A stretch of DNA of 64,000 bases, taken from positions 1 through 64,000 of the forward strand of contig JALMLS010000321.1 in the NCBI GenBank assembly GCA_038496445.1. Direction: 5' to 3'. Of this stretch, positions 60,275-64,000 are shown piece after piece (positions within the stretch are counted from its first letter, which is position 1; each line of letters starts with the position of its first letter). A model generated the notes under the pieces. That model was not told the origin of the DNA. It was given only the letters and a program-made list of their open reading frames with translations, and ran no database searches. This DNA comes from Trichosphaerium sp. ATCC 40318. Its lineage: Eukaryota > Protista > Tubulinea. Both the position numbers and the translations under genes were made by a program.

Positions 60275-61110
60275 TCAAGCAGCATGTGATACAACACCAA
60301 TTAATGGGAAGTTATTACCAGTGTGTAAGAATCCTTCTACCCATACAGTAGCTATATCGTACTCGTTCAATCTCAAAGGGACCTAACACGTGATGAGAAA
60401 TCAAAAAAACAAAAGTATGTGGTTACTTTCAATACATCAACAACTTTGGTTCCATTTACAGTAGAAAACACCATGTCGCTGTAGGTCGGCACTGGAGCAA
60501 CAAAAACGACTGATTCTTGGAACTTTAAGGGGTAGATATAAAATTCTTCTTTAAATGAAACATAGGGAGCGCTATCAGGGCTTAGATTAACAACACGAAC
60601 TGCAGAGTGTCCCTACATATTTCAAAGTAAGCAACTTCAACTTCTTCAGATAATCGTGCCTGTTTATGTATGGTCACATTGTCAGGAAGAAGTGACAGTA
60701 TCGTCACAGGGCCATTATTAGCGGTATAAAGAGAATAATGCTTATCTGCTTCCACAATAAACCTTTAATTTAACATCAATAATTTCGCTACAACGCATTT
60801 GACGTACTTTCCACGTGTGAGGGTTTTGCCCGATTCTGGGAGCACAACTTCAAACTGGTGTTCCCCAGCTGGGATACTGCTATAGGAGCTCACGTTACCA
60901 TAGTATATGTTCTTAAATAGCTAAATGCAGATTAACACCAAAAGGCCAACAAGTAGCGTAGAAGGTATCACGTGCACGCACCGACTGTCCAGTACCATCG
61001 TAAATATTTACAGCAGGAAAAAAAGGTATAGCGTTAACTACTCGCAAGTGTTGGGCATTAGAGACAACAAAGGAAATTACAAGCAAAACTAAAGCGCAAC
61101 GCATTACCAT
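60275..61110 (-). CDS. Secreted DUF4397-like protein; multi-exon
   Basis: Signal peptide; HLRVVNAIP..PAVNIY; YGNVSSYSSIPAGEHQFEV; second unit AVRVVNLSPDS. Confidence 0.7.
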
Positions 61111-61397
61111 TTGTTTAAGTACTTTGTAGAAGTGGTGACTGCAGCTGACTTTAGAAAATTGAGTTAGTTGGTTCTTTAAGCTTCGAATTCGAATTGTTTT
61201 TGTATGAAGTCACGTGTTTTGCTTATGTTGTTCATTGTTGTGGTACAGTGGAGACATGTCCAATAGCTCAGTCGCATGAACAATAAGTTTATTTTTGAAA
61301 TTACAAAAAAAAAAGTAAGTCACGTGTCATAAAACACAACAAACTGCGGTATCACCTGACTTTCCTAAAACAAAAGTTTATACTTGTTGAAATATAG

Positions 61398-64000
61398 TCA
61401 AAAGGGACATACAGTAAAAAAGACCATTTCATCATACTGAGGTTTGATAGGCATGTCTTCATATGCATCCGCAAGTGCACTGTATGCTACTTCATTTACT
61501 CTATCGGTTTTTGGAACTACAGGGATGTAGTGACAGTCATAATTTTCAAAGCTACCATGTCCAGCAAGCAGTGGCTCATCACTTCTCACCTAAGTTCAAA
61601 GTAAACTAAAAATACAAACTAATGCGAAGCAGAAACTTGCTTCGACAATCTCATATTACACTTAACAAAGAGGACGTACAACTGGAAAAATATTACCAGC
61701 GATTGCTGTAATGAGAAGCATAGCTCCCTTTCCATAAACACGACCAGCATAGCCAGCTTGAAAAGCTCCTAAATCAACTGTTAAGCAGCAACAAAAAAAA
61801 AATAGGAATCATCAAAAGGTCATTCATTTCCTTCATGTGTACCATATATTCCATTACCAAAGAATCCTTCATCTGTCTTTGCAAGTGCTGCAAACCCTGT
61901 ATCTAATATAGAACCAATAGATCCTTTATCTGTACCATGCCATAGATGAAATACTTTAACACCACCATAAGTACCACTTGTTAGTCTATCCATTCTATCC
62001 ATTATACGTTGCCTTTGATTTACTGGTCTTCTTAGATGCCAGTTGGGCTCAAATACTTTATTATTAGATCTGTCATCTTGAATAAAATCAATACTGTATA
62101 CAAACAGAAAGACAGAGTCCAACAACAAAACAGTTTGTGTTGAACTAAAAATTTCGAACTGAAAATAACAAAGTTTGACTTATTCGTCAACAAGTTGCTT
62201 GCAACAAATATAAATAGTATTCTAAGAACACGTATTGATTACGAGTGGGCTCTTTTGGTTTTAGTTCACGCAATTGAAAAGATGGAAGGGACTTTGTTAA
62301 CTAATCCGAAAAAAACAAACAAAACTTCAAATGTAAAAAAGAGATTTTAACGTTTCCTCGTACCCAATATTGTTAACCTCTTGTTAAATGCACTAAGTAA
62401 TGTGTCATTCCTGACAGCATATAATGCAGTGATTTTCCAAGACCTCGGCGTAGTAGCATTAAAGTAGTCGGCCACAAAATTATAAGCAAGTGGAAAATTT
62501 GTTGAATTAATCCCGTCTTTTATCAACCGATGTTTAGAGTTGCTAGTCCACTCAGCCGATAGTAACTTATCCGAAAACTGCCACGTATTCTCGCTAGAAC
62601 CCATACCGCGTTCTAGTTTATATAAATTAACAATCACGTGGAGAGGATACCAAGTAATCGCTTTGCAAAGGAAAAAAGAGTAAAACAAGAATGTGGCGTT
62701 GACGTACTGACAATTGAAGAAATAGCCAAGTGACTTGGCAAACTACTTATGTAAGCACCTTGCTGTCCTCTTAGCAATGTTATATCAGTTTCTTGCTTTT
62801 GTATCTTATCAAGAAGACCCTTAATCGTTTCTTTTTGCTCTAGAACCTCAACCTTTAATATTGCTACTTCTTTGTTAAGCTCCTCATTCACTTGATCTTG
62901 CTTAGCCTTATCGGCAGCATAAGTATTCATAAACTTGTTCAAAGCATCCATTATTGCAGTATTGCTATTTGACCCACGTTCCTTCAATTTTCATTAATCA
63001 CGTGATAAGAACCGTCAACAACTTTTTTTTTGAGACAAAAAAAAATACAAAGAACAAGTGCGTACTTTATTTTGTTTTGTTTTTGGTTTTGACGCGTTAG
63101 ATCCGCCCCTCGTGTTCTAAGAGATGTATTCAGTAAATAAATCGTTTAAAAACCGAACAAACTAGACGTACAGTTGCCGAATTACCGCGTCGGCGTGGAG
63201 ATTGTTTTTTAACGTTTGCGGTAATCTGAGATAAACTTTTGCCTGATTTTAACTCATTTTTACACCAATCAATCTCTTCAGCTGTTGGATTATTAATACC
63301 CTTACAAAATACGAATTATTTTCATATTTACGTCAAAACACAGAAAGATTCGAGTTTTTGACGTTTATTCTTCATTAAAAATAGTCTGTACCATTTGTTG
63401 TAGCATCTGTGCTACTGTTGATCTATCTCTAGACATTGCCGAAGTATTTTTTACCTGGCTAATGGCAAAATTCTAATGTCTAAGTTTATAAACTTGATCA
63501 TTCAATGAAACTGGGTTCCTCAACTAAAACCAATTTGCTTTGTTCTTGCCATTGTATAGCTTTTTTCCTCATTTTAAACATACTCCAAAGTGCGTACACT
63601 AATATCCTATTGACTCCCTGTAGCTGTCCCAATGTGCCCTTCCTCTGAGATAACACAGTTTTAGAGTGCTCGCGGGCTTTGCATTGCTCTATATGTGTTC
63701 TTATCTACTGTAGAGTATGGACTAACTGGTACCATCATAGGGTGCCATACTTTACCTTCGGGAAATGGTTATGACTGTAAGTAAATGAGCGCTTGTACCT
63801 GTGCGTTCACGAAAGTTCATAGATTCTAGTTTGTTTTCTTGCGGAAAATCTATTGGTAGGTTTGGCTCATGGTATTTTAAAGTACACCCTAAGCTATGCA
63901 AGTCACCCTTCCACCTTTTTAAATGATAAGTAATAGAAAGTAAGCACAAAAGGCATACCAGAATGGTATAGCGACCAAACAAACACCTACAAAAAATTAG
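61398..64000 (-). CDS. Coiled-coil + C-terminal PARP-like ADP-ribosyltransferase domain protein; 5' end probably beyond the window
   Basis: LWHGT...GFAALAKTDEGFFGNGIYGT...YA..Y...GNIFPV...YDEMVFF (H-Y-E); heptad-rich region 62750-62960. Confidence 0.7.

Noticed and set aside
1-64000. CRISPR array, rRNA, or an alternative genetic code
   Set aside because: The tandem repeats are coding and lack unique spacers; there is no rRNA-like tract; in-frame stops are explained by introns, and TAA, TAG and TGA all end genes.

Overview
AT-rich, gene-dense eukaryotic nuclear DNA with many short spliceosomal introns (mostly 40-100 nt, GTACGT/GTAAGT donors, CTAAC-like branch points). The gene content suggests a protist, probably an amoebozoan; this is an inference. 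Host genes are: mitochondrial uL11, an SH3-CRIB PAK kinase, a divergent U2AF35, a PA-domain membrane protein, a Pro-rich GPI protein, a CNNM cytosolic fragment, a Cys-rich type I membrane protein, a Clu-domain/LRR protein with an intronic tRNA-Ser, three cytochrome P450 copies, a GH42-like hydrolase, an ankyrin/F-box/Rab-like fusion, a truncated CHD, a PhyH-like dioxygenase, Rap, a DWY-repeat protein, DUF4397 and a PARP-like ADP-ribosyltransferase. Mobile DNA includes one intact full-length non-LTR retrotransposon and one 5'-truncated one, both with target-site duplications (TSDs) inside the same LRR gene, plus an RNase H-bearing retrotransposon relic and several MITE-like elements. Most notable: (1) an intronless head-to-head F-box-LRR / F-box-MORN gene pair present twice, with both partners and the orientation conserved despite strong divergence; (2) roughly 9-fold over-representation of the palindrome CACGTG; (3) several GC-AG introns; (4) a 1.9 kb intron-containing TMBIM gene fragment inserted in a P450 exon; (5) a structured U1-like RNA candidate. 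Exon boundaries were read by eye and no database searches were run.
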